Assembly (NCBI GenBank): GCA_947457565.1
Contig: CANGWH010000003.1
Coordinates: 1,764 to 65,763, forward strand
Source: Flavobacteriales bacterium
GTDB taxonomy: Bacteria > Bacteroidota > Bacteroidia > NS11-12g > UBA955
Direction of reading: 5' to 3'
Length of the DNA stretch: 64,000 nt
Shown here piece by piece: positions 9,088 through 19,283 of this stretch. The number at the start of each line of letters is the position of its first letter. Positions within the stretch are counted from its first letter, which is position 1. A program made the position numbers and the translations under genes. The notes beneath the pieces are model-generated. The model was not told the DNA's origin, made no database searches, and worked only from the letters and a program-made list of their open reading frames with translations.

Positions 9088-11136
9088 TTAAGGGATTATC
9101 ACCTTAAAATTTGTGCGGCGATCCGATTGGATTATCTCTAAATTGAAAATTCCTGCATTTATATTTTTCACTGGGATTTTTAGGGTAGTACCCGTGTTTT
9201 CTGATTTGAGATCTTCAATTTTTGCGCTATATACAATTTTTCCATTCATTGACATCAAATTCACCTTTTCGATCGTTGCATCAATAATTCCATGGATGAA
9301 AATACAATCAGTTACTGGGTTAGGGTATACCGAAAGTGTTGTAATGGATAATTCTTCCTGATTATTTGTATGCGCTACATCGGCAAATGCAGCCAAACTT
9401 AGATTTTCATAAGTACCGGAACCTGTTTCAGTTATTGACATAGCTCTTACAGCGTAGGAGTAATTCCCCGATGACCAATTGCAATTATCTCGGAAAAATG
9501 TATCAGTAGTAAATGAGGGTGTATTAGGACAACGGATTTCAGAAGCTAAGGTGAATTTACCGGTAGCTTTATCAAAAAGATAAATATAGTAACCATCAAC
9601 CTTGCCGTATGCTTTATTCCAAGTTAATTTAACGCTTCCATTTTCAGATGTAGCATTTACATTGGTAACCGGCGCTACAGGAATCATGGTTAAGGTTGGG
9701 TCCCCCAATAAAGCAATATGCACGCCTCTACCTGAACCATTAAAAGAACCATCAAAATACCCTTGGAAATTATTTTGAGTAAGTCTTGCACCATACCCAA
9801 TGTTATAGCCAATAGCCATATGATGCAGATACCATTTTGGAATCCCCCCCCAAGCACATGCTAATGATCCAGCAGCCAAAGAGGATCGCATTAAGTTGTT
9901 CTTGGAGTCCCAATCGCCAAAGAAACTACCTGCTAATAAGGTAAAAATGTTGCTAAAAGAACTTTTGTTGTTTAGGAAATCATTGGAACTACCAATTCCG
10001 GAACAACTAGTGTAACTGCCAGCACCACATCCATAACTCCACAAATAATTCCCCTGAGTTTGTGCGGTGAAATAATCTCGCGAATCAAATACACTGTCAA
10101 TGCCTACAAAGGTTGGAAGATTCTGATAACCCGTTGAAGCAAGATTCAAACTAGTAAAATTATTATCGATGAGTGCTCTTTTTACAAAAGGAACTTTAGC
10201 CATTCTCCAATTATGTACACGATTTAAATATTCTCGTGTAAGTTGAGTGTCATTACCTCCAAACAAGGGCATGTTATAGAAATCCACCCGACCAATTTCC
10301 AATTCAATGTTTTCATAGGTGCTGGATTGGTCAAATTTTCCGTCTTTAGGGATATTATGATTTCTTGAATCTGAACCAGTAGTGCAATTGACAGAACGAT
10401 CGGTATATACACCTGCAAAGTCGCCATAAAATACGTCGGCTGGCCATGCACCTGTATGATTCCCCGAGCCTTCTACGTGTCCGTCTGGTGGGGGTCTATC
10501 TCCCGTTGAACTAAAAAAACCTGAATAAGGAACGGGTACGTGTCCAAGAATATAGAGTGTTTTTGGACGTTCCACCTTGCTATCCATAAATTTCGAAATT
10601 CGATCTTTTACTGCCGAAGCTTGCTCGTTTCTGCCAGCAAACAATTCAAATGGCATCCAACCACTTGCTGTAAGGTCGTTCTTAAGTTGTTGTATTTCAG
10701 TTGATAGTGCATAACGATAGGCACTATCGATCAGTAGAATTATACCGCCTCTATTTACAGTGGGTTTCGTTTTATTGCCAGTTTGTATATAACCCAGTGC
10801 GGAAGTTTTACTATTTTCAACTTTAGCTACTAAGTATTCCCGTTCCTCACCGATTTTTGTGGTTTTATCTACATAATAGTTATTACTTGGGTCAATCGTA
10901 GCAATTGCAGTGGACCAAGTGCCTAGGGTCATCGATGGATCCCTTTTGTAAATCACGTAGTTGCCATTGAATGTCTCCTTTGGCCATTCTATTTGTATAC
11001 TGCCATCTATATTCGCTTTGGCTTGAAGTTGTACTACTTGTGTTTTTGCGACTTGGGCATGCACATTATCAGTAAAAACGATCGTGGACAAAATCCCGAT
11101 TAAGACCAACAATACCTTAACAGTTGATTTTTTCAT
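9088..11136 (-). CDS. T9SS-secreted protein with a peptidase C25 (gingipain)-like core, FN3-like domains and C-terminal sorting domain
   Basis: Signal peptide; YILGHVP, DVFYGD, ELEIGRV, LLGDPTL resemble C25 structural motifs; C-terminal VYPNP...GIFNLEI...FKVII sorting domain. Confidence 0.65.
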   Translation of the reverse strand: MKKSTVKVLLVLIGILSTIVFTDNVHAQVAKTQVVQLQAKANIDGSIQIEWPKETFNGNYVIYKRDPSMTLGTWSTAIATIDPSNNYYVDKTTKIGEEREYLVAKVENSKTSALGYIQTGNKTKPTVNRGGIILLIDSAYRYALSTEIQQLKNDLTASGWMPFELFAGRNEQASAVKDRISKFMDSKVERPKTLYILGHVPVPYSGFFSSTGDRPPPDGHVEGSGNHTGAWPADVFYGDFAGVYTDRSVNCTTGSDSRNHNIPKDGKFDQSSTYENIELEIGRVDFYNMPLFGGNDTQLTREYLNRVHNWRMAKVPFVKRALIDNNFTSLNLASTGYQNLPTFVGIDSVFDSRDYFTAQTQGNYLWSYGCGAGSYTSCSGIGSSNDFLNNKSSFSNIFTLLAGSFFGDWDSKNNLMRSSLAAGSLACAWGGIPKWYLHHMAIGYNIGYGARLTQNNFQGYFDGSFNGSGRGVHIALLGDPTLTMIPVAPVTNVNATSENGSVKLTWNKAYGKVDGYYIYLFDKATGKFTLASEIRCPNTPSFTTDTFFRDNCNWSSGNYSYAVRAMSITETGSGTYENLSLAAFADVAHTNNQEELSITTLSVYPNPVTDCIFIHGIIDATIEKVNLMSMNGKIVYSAKIEDLKSENTGTTLKIPVKNINAGIFNLEIIQSDRRTNFKVIIP

Positions 11137-11295
11137 TACTTTAGATTATTGCGAATTTAGAGAATCAATGGGTTAATTCCATTTTTACAATGCCTTGATT
11201 TCACGGATAACAATTATTTTTTTTAAAAATCACGGGAATTATAATGATAATTATGGTCGTGATAAAGTAAAAAGCTTATTTTCGCAAACAAAAAA

Positions 11296-12492
11296 ATGAA
11301 ACATTTTAGGATAATTTTCATGTGCTTAGTAGCGGTTATGTCAACATTCGCGAATGCACAAACCAAACCTAAGACTAAACCAGCTCCTCCAAAGCCCAAG
11401 GAAATTTCTCCTGCGGTACAGATTTATTTTGAAACCGGTAAGTCAGTAATTAAAGGGATTGAAGTTCAGAAATTGAATTCTTTGCTCGATACCTTGTCAA
11501 TAAAAGACGATTTTAGATTAGTGTTAACGGGCCATACGGATAGTACCGGCGATGATGAAGCTAATCTTCGTTTGTCAAAAGGTAGGGTGGATAATGTATT
11601 CAGCTTTTTACAAGAAAATGGTATTGATACATCGTTTATGGCGAAAGCTTATTTTGGTAGGTCCAAACCAAGAGAAGGGGAGACTAGTGCCGAGAAAAAA
11701 GCAAGAAATCGACGTGTAGAGATTACAATTTATGAAAAACCAAAGCCAAAAGAGAAGCCGAAGCCCGTGGTAGTGGCTAAAGATACTTGCAATAGAGACA
11801 CTACAGTATTAGTGGGTAATGGATTATACCTAACTATCGGAATATGCGAATTGAAGAAAATTTGTCCTCGCGGAGCCGATAAATGTATCCGCATCAAGAA
11901 ATTTAGCAGCATGGAAGAGATTATTGGAAGTGGAGCTCCTTTGAGCACTGCTAAAGGGGAAGGTTTTAATTGGGCGGGAATTTATGACATTAGAATGCCG
12001 GGCGATACATGCGCTAAAATTCCAATGTCTTTATCCATTAACGTGGACGCCGCTACTTACAAAAAAGCTAAATTAATGGTTTACACCAAAGATGGGGAGA
12101 ATGCCTTGAAACCAGATAAAACTAAGAAATTATCGGTAAATAAGGGTAAAGAAAAGATTAAGTTATCGTTCCCAGCCACTTGTAATGGTACTGTATATGT
12201 TTGTGGTACCACAGGAAAAACTAAGAAAACTGAAATTATCGATAAGACAAAAAATGCAGAAGAGGTATATGTAACATCGGCATCAACAATGGCAATCATC
12301 CCAGGGAAAAAGATAAAGAATGGAAAATGGGAAGTTAGTTATGCGAAAATTGAAGATCCTATGTTAACAATTAAGTTAAAAGATGGAGAAACACTGGTTT
12401 CGGATATAGATATGAATGTTGTTCGTAAAATGAAAAAGCCAGGGGAGTTAAGAAAAAAATACAAGGTTAAAACAAAGCATATTCGCGGATAG
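11296..12492 (+). CDS. OmpA-like peptidoglycan-binding domain protein with Lys-rich C-terminal domain
   Basis: Signal peptide; IYFETGKS, GHTDSTG, NLRLSKGR, RNRRVEI OmpA C-like motifs. Confidence 0.8.
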   Translation: MKHFRIIFMCLVAVMSTFANAQTKPKTKPAPPKPKEISPAVQIYFETGKSVIKGIEVQKLNSLLDTLSIKDDFRLVLTGHTDSTGDDEANLRLSKGRVDNVFSFLQENGIDTSFMAKAYFGRSKPREGETSAEKKARNRRVEITIYEKPKPKEKPKPVVVAKDTCNRDTTVLVGNGLYLTIGICELKKICPRGADKCIRIKKFSSMEEIIGSGAPLSTAKGEGFNWAGIYDIRMPGDTCAKIPMSLSINVDAATYKKAKLMVYTKDGENALKPDKTKKLSVNKGKEKIKLSFPATCNGTVYVCGTTGKTKKTEIIDKTKNAEEVYVTSASTMAIIPGKKIKNGKWEVSYAKIEDPMLTIKLKDGETLVSDIDMNVVRKMKKPGELRKKYKVKTKHIRG

Positions 12493-12521
12493 TTAATTAG
12501 GTAAAGCCTTTAAATATTGTT

Positions 12522-13055
12522 ATGCAACCACTAACAAGTAGATCCAAACAAGTAGTAGATAAAAATATGTCGTTTGCAGAAAGAATTTATCTGCCAGCGA
12601 TTTTAGGAGGGATGTGGATTACTTTAAAGCATTTCTTCAGTAAAAAAAACACTGTTGCTTATCCAGAGGTGGAAAGGCCTAGGGCAGAGGTTTACAGAGG
12701 TCAACACGTTCTTAAACGAGACGATCAAGGAAGAGAGCGTTGTACGGCTTGCGGATTGTGTGCGGTTGCATGCCCAGCGGAGGCTATTACTATGGTAGCG
12801 GCTGAACGGGAAAAAGGAGAAGAGCACCTGTATCGAGAAGAAAAATATGCAGCAACCTACGAGATCAACATGTTGCGTTGTATTTTTTGCGGTTTGTGTG
12901 AAGAAGCTTGCCCCAAAGAGGCAATATTTTTAACAGATAGAATTGTTGACTCCGAATTTGGACGAAAGGATTTTATTTATGGGAAAGAAAAGCTTGTTGA
13001 AAAAGTTGACGAGCGTGTGGATGTTTCTAAAAGACAAGTTTGGACTTATCAATAA
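12522..13055 (+). CDS. nuoI: NADH-quinone oxidoreductase subunit I
   Basis: Two 4Fe-4S motifs CTACGLCAVACP and CIFCGLCEEACP; YPE..R, YRGQH. Confidence 0.95.
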   Translation: MQPLTSRSKQVVDKNMSFAERIYLPAILGGMWITLKHFFSKKNTVAYPEVERPRAEVYRGQHVLKRDDQGRERCTACGLCAVACPAEAITMVAAEREKGEEHLYREEKYAATYEINMLRCIFCGLCEEACPKEAIFLTDRIVDSEFGRKDFIYGKEKLVEKVDERVDVSKRQVWTYQ

Positions 13056-13057
13056 GT

Positions 13058-13579
13058 ATGTTTAATAATCTTCCAATACCATTTTTGGTATTATCGTTTT
13101 TTACGATTTTATCGGCTTTGTACGTTGTAACTAGTAAAAATCCAATTCATAGCGTTTTAGCGTTGATATTGACTTTTTTTAGTATCTCAGCTCATTATGT
13201 TTTGCTAAACGCTCAGTTTTTGGCAATAGTAAATTTAATTGTTTACGCTGGGGCAATTATGGTTTTGTTCTTGTTTGTATTGATGTTGCTTAATTTAAAT
13301 AAGGATGCAGAACCAATTAAGTCAAATTTATGGGGCATTGCAGCTGCTATCTCTGCCGGTTTATTACTTTTAGTGATTACTGCAGCCTTTCAAAAAGCTG
13401 GAGAAAATGTTGTTAAACATCCCGTTGAAGGAATTGGTTTAGTAAAAGCTTTAGGTCAAACATTATTCACTCGTTTTTTAGTTCCATTTGAGCTATCGGG
13501 TGCATTGTTTTTAGCAGCAATGGTGGGTTCTGTATTATTGGGAAAAAGAGATAAAGTAAATAAAGACTTATTGGCATGA
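13058..13579 (+). CDS. nuoJ: NADH-quinone oxidoreductase subunit J
   Basis: NPIHSVL, VYAGAIMVLFLFVLM, PFELS; ATG at 13058 just after the nuoI stop. Confidence 0.93.
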   Translation: MFNNLPIPFLVLSFFTILSALYVVTSKNPIHSVLALILTFFSISAHYVLLNAQFLAIVNLIVYAGAIMVLFLFVLMLLNLNKDAEPIKSNLWGIAAAISAGLLLLVITAAFQKAGENVVKHPVEGIGLVKALGQTLFTRFLVPFELSGALFLAAMVGSVLLGKRDKVNKDLLA

Positions 13580-13890
13580 TCTTTCAAAATTTAGATATTA
13601 GTCATTATATATACCTAAGTACGGTATTGTTTTCAATTGGATTATTTGGTGTTTTATTTAGACGAAATGCTATTGTTCTATTGATGTGTATCGAATTAAT
13701 GTTGAATGCTGTTAATCTATTATTTACGGCATTATCCACTTATATGGGGGACGCAGATGGTCAAATATTTGTGTTTTTTATTATGGTGGTTGCCGCAGCT
13801 GAAGCAGCTGTTGGGCTAGCGATTTTAGTTATGGTTTATCGAAATACTCGAAAGACCGATGTGAGTTTCTTGGATCAATTGAAAGGTTAA
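13576..13890 (+). CDS. nuoK: NADH-quinone oxidoreductase subunit K
   Basis: RRN, IELMLNAVNL, VAAAEAAVGLA. Confidence 0.95.
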   Translation: MIFQNLDISHYIYLSTVLFSIGLFGVLFRRNAIVLLMCIELMLNAVNLLFTALSTYMGDADGQIFVFFIMVVAAAEAAVGLAILVMVYRNTRKTDVSFLDQLKG

Positions 13891-13891
13891 G

Positions 13892-15772
13892 ATGAGCATT
13901 ATTATATTGTTGCCATTGCTTGGTTTCCTAGTAAGTGGTATCGTAGGCAAATATTTACCGAAACAGGTAGTAGGATTAATCTCAACTGCAGCAGTTGTTC
14001 TTTCTTTTGCTTTCGCACTTCATATGTTCTTGGAGAAATCTATCTTGGGAGAAGCTGTTTCACAGAAATGGTTTACTTTTTTACAAGTTGGGGGTTTGCA
14101 AATTGATGTAGCTTTTACCTTCGACCGATTAAGCGGTTGGATGACATTGATAATAACTGGTATAGGTTCATTGATTCATTTGTACTCTATGGGCTATATG
14201 AAAGAGGACGAAGGGTATTATAAGTTCTTTGCTTATTTGAATCTTTTCGTATTCAATATGCTTTTATTGGTATTGGGTTCAAACTTTATCATGCTGTTTT
14301 TTGGTTGGGAAGGTGTTGGATTATGTTCTTACCTGTTGATTGGATTTTGGTATAAAAATCTTAATTACGGAAAGGCAGCTCGTAAAGCTTTTGTAATGAA
14401 TAGGATAGGTGATTTAGGTCTTTTGTTAGGTTTATTTTTAATTTTCAAAGAATTTAAATCGTTTGATTATACCATTGTCTTCGATCAAATTGCAGCCGGA
14501 AATACCCCCGCGCATGTACTAACCGCAATTGCGTTGTTGTTATTTGTGGGTGCTATGGGTAAAAGTGCACAAATTCCATTGTACACTTGGTTGCCCGATG
14601 CAATGGCAGGTCCTACTCCTGTATCTGCGTTGATTCACGCAGCAACGATGGTGACTGCTGGTGTTTATTTAGTGGTACGATCACAAGCGCTGTATTTTCA
14701 AACAGCTTTAGCATCGGATGTAATCATGTGGGTGGGTTTAGCTACTTCATTGATGGCTGCTTTGATAGGATTAAAACAAAACGATATCAAAAAAGTACTT
14801 GCTTATTCTACTGTAAGTCAACTAGGATTAATGTTCGTAGCCTTAGGTTGTGGTGCTTATACTGCCGCTATGTTTCATTTAACAACACATGCATTTTTTA
14901 AAGCATTATTGTTTTTAGGTTCAGGAAGTGTAATACATGGAATGCATCACGAACAAGATATTCGGAAAATGGGAGGATTGAAGTCGAAAATGCCAATTAC
15001 ATACTTTACATTCTTGATTGGAACATTGGCAATAACAGGTTTTCCATTCCTTAGCGGCTTCTTTTCTAAAGACGAAATTCTATTACATGCATTTTCACAC
15101 AGTCCATTAGTATGGGGTCTTTCGTTAATATCAGCCTCGATAACGGGTTTCTACATGTTTAGAATGTTCTTTGTTACCTTTCACGGCAAGTATAGAAACA
15201 CTCATTATCCATTGGAGAAAGTACACGAAAGTCCTATTACCATGACCCTGCCTTTATTGATTTTGGCAGTTTTATCTGTGTTGGGTGGATTACTAAATCT
15301 ACCGCATTATTTTGGACATAATGTAGCCGGAGCTTTCAGTAGTTACCTAGCTCCCATGTATAAGTTTGCAGAGCATAGTCCAGAAGTTTCGGCATCTACT
15401 GAATGGTTGTTACTTGCAGCAGCTGTAAGTGTATTTATTATTGCTTTTGTGGCAATGAGAATGAAATATATTTCTAAAAATAGTGTTCCTGAAGAAGATG
15501 ATAGTATGAGTGGATTGGGTAAAGTGTTGGCCAATAAATTCTATGTTGATGAAATTTATGATGCAGGGGTAGTTGCGCCTATAGAAATAGCAGGTACTGT
15601 TACCGATGGATTAGTAGATGATATTGCAATAAAAGGTATTACAGATTCCATTGGAAAATCTCCGAATTGGATTTCCTCTTTACTATCTCGGGTTCAAAAT
15701 GGAAACATTGAATATTACTTGATTTATATGGTTATTGCTGTTTCAATTTTATTGGCTATTAATTTATTCTAA
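13892..15772 (+). CDS. nuoL: NADH-quinone oxidoreductase subunit L
   Basis: GWEGVGLCSYLLIGFW, NRIGD, KSAQIPLYTWLPDAMAGPTPVSALIHAATMV, HAFFKALLFL. Confidence 0.96.
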   Translation: MSIIILLPLLGFLVSGIVGKYLPKQVVGLISTAAVVLSFAFALHMFLEKSILGEAVSQKWFTFLQVGGLQIDVAFTFDRLSGWMTLIITGIGSLIHLYSMGYMKEDEGYYKFFAYLNLFVFNMLLLVLGSNFIMLFFGWEGVGLCSYLLIGFWYKNLNYGKAARKAFVMNRIGDLGLLLGLFLIFKEFKSFDYTIVFDQIAAGNTPAHVLTAIALLLFVGAMGKSAQIPLYTWLPDAMAGPTPVSALIHAATMVTAGVYLVVRSQALYFQTALASDVIMWVGLATSLMAALIGLKQNDIKKVLAYSTVSQLGLMFVALGCGAYTAAMFHLTTHAFFKALLFLGSGSVIHGMHHEQDIRKMGGLKSKMPITYFTFLIGTLAITGFPFLSGFFSKDEILLHAFSHSPLVWGLSLISASITGFYMFRMFFVTFHGKYRNTHYPLEKVHESPITMTLPLLILAVLSVLGGLLNLPHYFGHNVAGAFSSYLAPMYKFAEHSPEVSASTEWLLLAAAVSVFIIAFVAMRMKYISKNSVPEEDDSMSGLGKVLANKFYVDEIYDAGVVAPIEIAGTVTDGLVDDIAIKGITDSIGKSPNWISSLLSRVQNGNIEYYLIYMVIAVSILLAINLF

Positions 15773-15774
15773 TC

Positions 15775-17217
15775 GTGATACTTATATTTTTACCTGTATT
15801 AGCATCTATAATTTTTGCCTTATTTGGTAGAAAATTCAATCAGTGGATAGCATTCGTGTTTGCAGCAATTCCAATGATTTTTGCAGTTAATTTATTTTAC
15901 AAAAGTGGACCGGGTTCATCATTTTTACTTAACACATTGGCCGATTTACCATGGTTGTCTCAAAATTTCCGATTTACATTGGGATACGATGGACTGACAG
16001 GTATGTTGTTATTGCTAACTAATGGTTTGTTGCCGTTAATTGTGTTAACTGGAATTAAAGATGACGAAAATAGAGTTAGGAATACTGCACTAGCGCTTGC
16101 AATGCAAGGTGCATTAAACGGTGTGTTTATGGCAAGAGACGGGTTGATGTTCTATATTTTTTGGGAATTAGCCCTTTTGCCGATTTATTTCATTACACTC
16201 TCTATGAAGCATGGAAATGCTTTTAAAATCACATTAAGGTTCTTCTTGTTTACTTTTATAGGAAGCTTAGCAATGCTAGCATCCTTGATGTATATCGTAA
16301 TTTTCAAGACAAATTTCTCTTTTGCTTACTCCGATATTTTAGCGGCTAATTATACATTAAATGAGTCAATATGGCTTGGAGGAGGTTTCCTAATGGCATT
16401 TGCCGTAAAAATTCCAATTATTCCATTCCATTCTTGGCAAGCCGATACTTACACTCATTCACCATCTGTTGGATCTATGTTATTATCCGCTATTATGTTG
16501 AAAATGGGATTATATGGTCTAATCCGTTGGTATTTACCCGTTTTTCCTGAATCCATTGAATATTACAAGCCAATTGTATTGTCATTGTCAGTGGCCGGTG
16601 TTCTGTATGGAGCAATTATTGCACTAAGGCAGCAAGATTTAAAACGTTTAATCGCCTTTTCTTCATTGTCTCACGTTGGTTTAATAGCAGCTGGAATTTT
16701 TACATTGTCAGCAACAGGGTTGGAAGGTGCTGTATTACAAATGATAGTGCACGGTATTAATGTGTTTGGATTGTTTTTAGCAATTGAGATTATTGAAACA
16801 CATACTGGAAGTAGAAATTTGGTGGATTTAGGAGGATTGGCTAAAAATAATCGATGGTTCACAATTGCTTTTGTAGTAATGGCGTTGGGCGCTGCCGCGG
16901 TACCATTAACCAATGGTTTTCCTGGCGAGTTTTTGCTTTTAAAGAGTATTTTTGATGAGCGAGCTACACTTGCTGTAATCGCTGGAATTACAATAATATT
17001 AGGTGCTGCTTACATGCTTAGAATGTTACAATTTAGTTTATTTGGTGAAGGCGATGGTGTGATTAAATCACTGAATTTAGGACAATTGATTTCACTTGTT
17101 GTTGTTGTGTTTTTTGTGTTATTCTTAGGTTTATTCCCACAAGTAATTTTGGATAGTGTACAATTATCTATTAATTCAATAATTGAAATGATCAAAGCGA
17201 AAGGAGTATTGTCATGA
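15775..17217 (+). CDS. nuoM: NADH-quinone oxidoreductase subunit M
   Basis: FYIFWEL, AFAVKIPIIPFHSW, LKMGLYG, KRLIAFSSLSH, GFPGEF. Confidence 0.95.
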   Translation: MILIFLPVLASIIFALFGRKFNQWIAFVFAAIPMIFAVNLFYKSGPGSSFLLNTLADLPWLSQNFRFTLGYDGLTGMLLLLTNGLLPLIVLTGIKDDENRVRNTALALAMQGALNGVFMARDGLMFYIFWELALLPIYFITLSMKHGNAFKITLRFFLFTFIGSLAMLASLMYIVIFKTNFSFAYSDILAANYTLNESIWLGGGFLMAFAVKIPIIPFHSWQADTYTHSPSVGSMLLSAIMLKMGLYGLIRWYLPVFPESIEYYKPIVLSLSVAGVLYGAIIALRQQDLKRLIAFSSLSHVGLIAAGIFTLSATGLEGAVLQMIVHGINVFGLFLAIEIIETHTGSRNLVDLGGLAKNNRWFTIAFVVMALGAAAVPLTNGFPGEFLLLKSIFDERATLAVIAGITIILGAAYMLRMLQFSLFGEGDGVIKSLNLGQLISLVVVVFFVLFLGLFPQVILDSVQLSINSIIEMIKAKGVLS

Positions 17218-18608
17218 TTTCCATATACATATTGTTTATAACAGCTGTTTTAGTATTGTTTTTAGGTTTAAATAAGTCGGAAACCAAATTCGGATATTTC
17301 ACCTCATTGATTTTAATACTAACTACTATTCTATGTGTAGCAGGAGCGAAAGGTTGGATGAACTTCGATAAATTGTCTACGTGGGCCCCTCAAAATATGA
17401 TGTTTTTTGGCCCATCGGAATATTTGTTTACAGCTCTAATTACTTTTATTGTTGCCATTGTATTATGGATATTCGCGGAAAACAAAGAAATAGGTACCGA
17501 TAGAATAGGTTTGATTCTATTTGCCACCATAGGAGCCATAATGATGATAGGGTATCAGCATATGGTTGTGTTGTTTTTAGGCCTTGAAACATTGTCTATT
17601 CCCTTGTTTGTGCTCGCTGGAAGTGATAGAGAACGATTGTCATCTAACGAGGCTGCAATAAAGTACTTCCTAATGGGAGCATTTTCTACAGCTATCTTTT
17701 TATTGGGTATAGCATTTCTGTATGGAGGAACTGGAACAATGGAATTACAAGCCATTGGCTTAAAACCTAGTTTTATGCATGCCCTTGAAGGTATGGCAAC
17801 TCCGGTTATGATACGTATTGGTTTGGTCCTAGTGTCTATCGGATTATTATTTAAAATTTCAGCGGCACCTTTTCATTTCTGGTCACCCGATGTGTATGAA
17901 GGAAGTCCAAATAGAATAATGGCCTTTATGTCAACCGTTGTAAAATCTGCAGCATTTGTAGCATTTTCTAAGTTGATGCTTGCGTTTAGTGGTGTTAAAT
18001 CGGATTGGGATTATTGGATAGTGGCCATCGCTATCCTTACTATTTTATGGGGGAATATTGCCGCTTTAAAACAGAATTCTGTTAAAAGAACCTTAGCTTA
18101 CAGTTCAATTGCTCACGCTGGTTATTTGTTAATGTATGTTTTAATAGCTACAGAGGCGTCTGATTTTATTTTATTTGTCTATTTGTTATCCTATGCATTA
18201 AGTTCAATCGCACTGTTGGCAATGGCACATCAGCTTCAATTAGATACGGAAGAGAATTTAAATTTCGATGTTTTTAAAGGATTATCCAAGAAACAACCGG
18301 CAATGGCTCTATTATTGGCCATATTTGTATTCTCAACGGCCGGTATTCCGGTGACGGCTGGGTTTGCCGCCAAATTTTATCTTTTCTCAAGTACTTTTGC
18401 ATCCTATCCGTTGTTGGTTTTTGTGGGTTTACTAGGATCTGCTATTTCTATCGGGTACTACTTTAAGTTCATAAAGTCAGCATACTTAGAAACCGGAACT
18501 TCTGATAATCGTATTGTTGAAAATCGATGGGTATATTGGTTATTGGCGATGGTTTTAGTAGCTGTGGGAGTTTTTGGAGCAGTTGTACTTCAATTCGTAG
18601 GCGTTTAA
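17214..18608 (+). CDS. nuoN: NADH-quinone oxidoreductase subunit N
   Basis: EAAIKYFLMG, FKISAAPFHFWSPDVYEG, KRTLAYSSIAHAG. Confidence 0.95.
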   Translation: MISIYILFITAVLVLFLGLNKSETKFGYFTSLILILTTILCVAGAKGWMNFDKLSTWAPQNMMFFGPSEYLFTALITFIVAIVLWIFAENKEIGTDRIGLILFATIGAIMMIGYQHMVVLFLGLETLSIPLFVLAGSDRERLSSNEAAIKYFLMGAFSTAIFLLGIAFLYGGTGTMELQAIGLKPSFMHALEGMATPVMIRIGLVLVSIGLLFKISAAPFHFWSPDVYEGSPNRIMAFMSTVVKSAAFVAFSKLMLAFSGVKSDWDYWIVAIAILTILWGNIAALKQNSVKRTLAYSSIAHAGYLLMYVLIATEASDFILFVYLLSYALSSIALLAMAHQLQLDTEENLNFDVFKGLSKKQPAMALLLAIFVFSTAGIPVTAGFAAKFYLFSSTFASYPLLVFVGLLGSAISIGYYFKFIKSAYLETGTSDNRIVENRWVYWLLAMVLVAVGVFGAVVLQFVGV

Positions 18609-19231
18609 TTAAATTCAAATCCAAATCGGAAAACGAAAGCACCAAATGGTGAAGCATTGGCGAGCTTTCCATTTACAATAAAACCTACGGAAGCCCATTG
18701 GGATTTACCGTTGGATAAAATCCCACCAAGAATAACCGGGGATCCAATCCATTGTCGTTGGTTTGCTGTTGGTTCGAAAATATTGGTAATACGGTATTCA
18801 GGCTGAAGAAAGACTCTGCCAATATTCACTCGTGCGAAAGCGAAGGCACCGCCAGATAAGCTGCTTTTGTTGTTGAACGATAATAACGTTGTTGCTTGAG
18901 GACCGGCGGCCAAAAGAAGATTGTTTTTGAAATACGTACCCCAAAAAGGGCCAATATCTAAGTACAATTCCGATACGATAATTGGTGAAAAAAAGGTTTC
19001 AATACCATTGAACTTAGAGAAATTACTACTAAATGATTTGGGCCCGCCTTCAAATACTTCTTGAATTATTGTGTCGCCAAATTCATTAATTGAAGTATCT
19101 AATCTCTTTGTAAAATTATTCTTTTTGGAGACAGAATGTGATTTTTCCAAGCCGTCATATTGAGCATGTAGACAATTACTGCCTAGACTAACTATTATTA
19201 ACACCAATATGTGACCAATTAACCTAGCCAT
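18605..19231 (-). CDS. Hypothetical secreted protein, possible small outer-membrane beta-barrel
   Basis: Signal peptide; alternating hydrophobic strands; C-terminal FRFGFEFN resembling a beta-signal. Confidence 0.5.
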   Translation of the reverse strand: MARLIGHILVLIIVSLGSNCLHAQYDGLEKSHSVSKKNNFTKRLDTSINEFGDTIIQEVFEGGPKSFSSNFSKFNGIETFFSPIIVSELYLDIGPFWGTYFKNNLLLAAGPQATTLLSFNNKSSLSGGAFAFARVNIGRVFLQPEYRITNIFEPTANQRQWIGSPVILGGILSNGKSQWASVGFIVNGKLANASPFGAFVFRFGFEFN

Positions 19232-19283
19232 AATTTGTATGGCCGCAATTATACACCTAAAATTGCAGTTGTAATTACATAGT

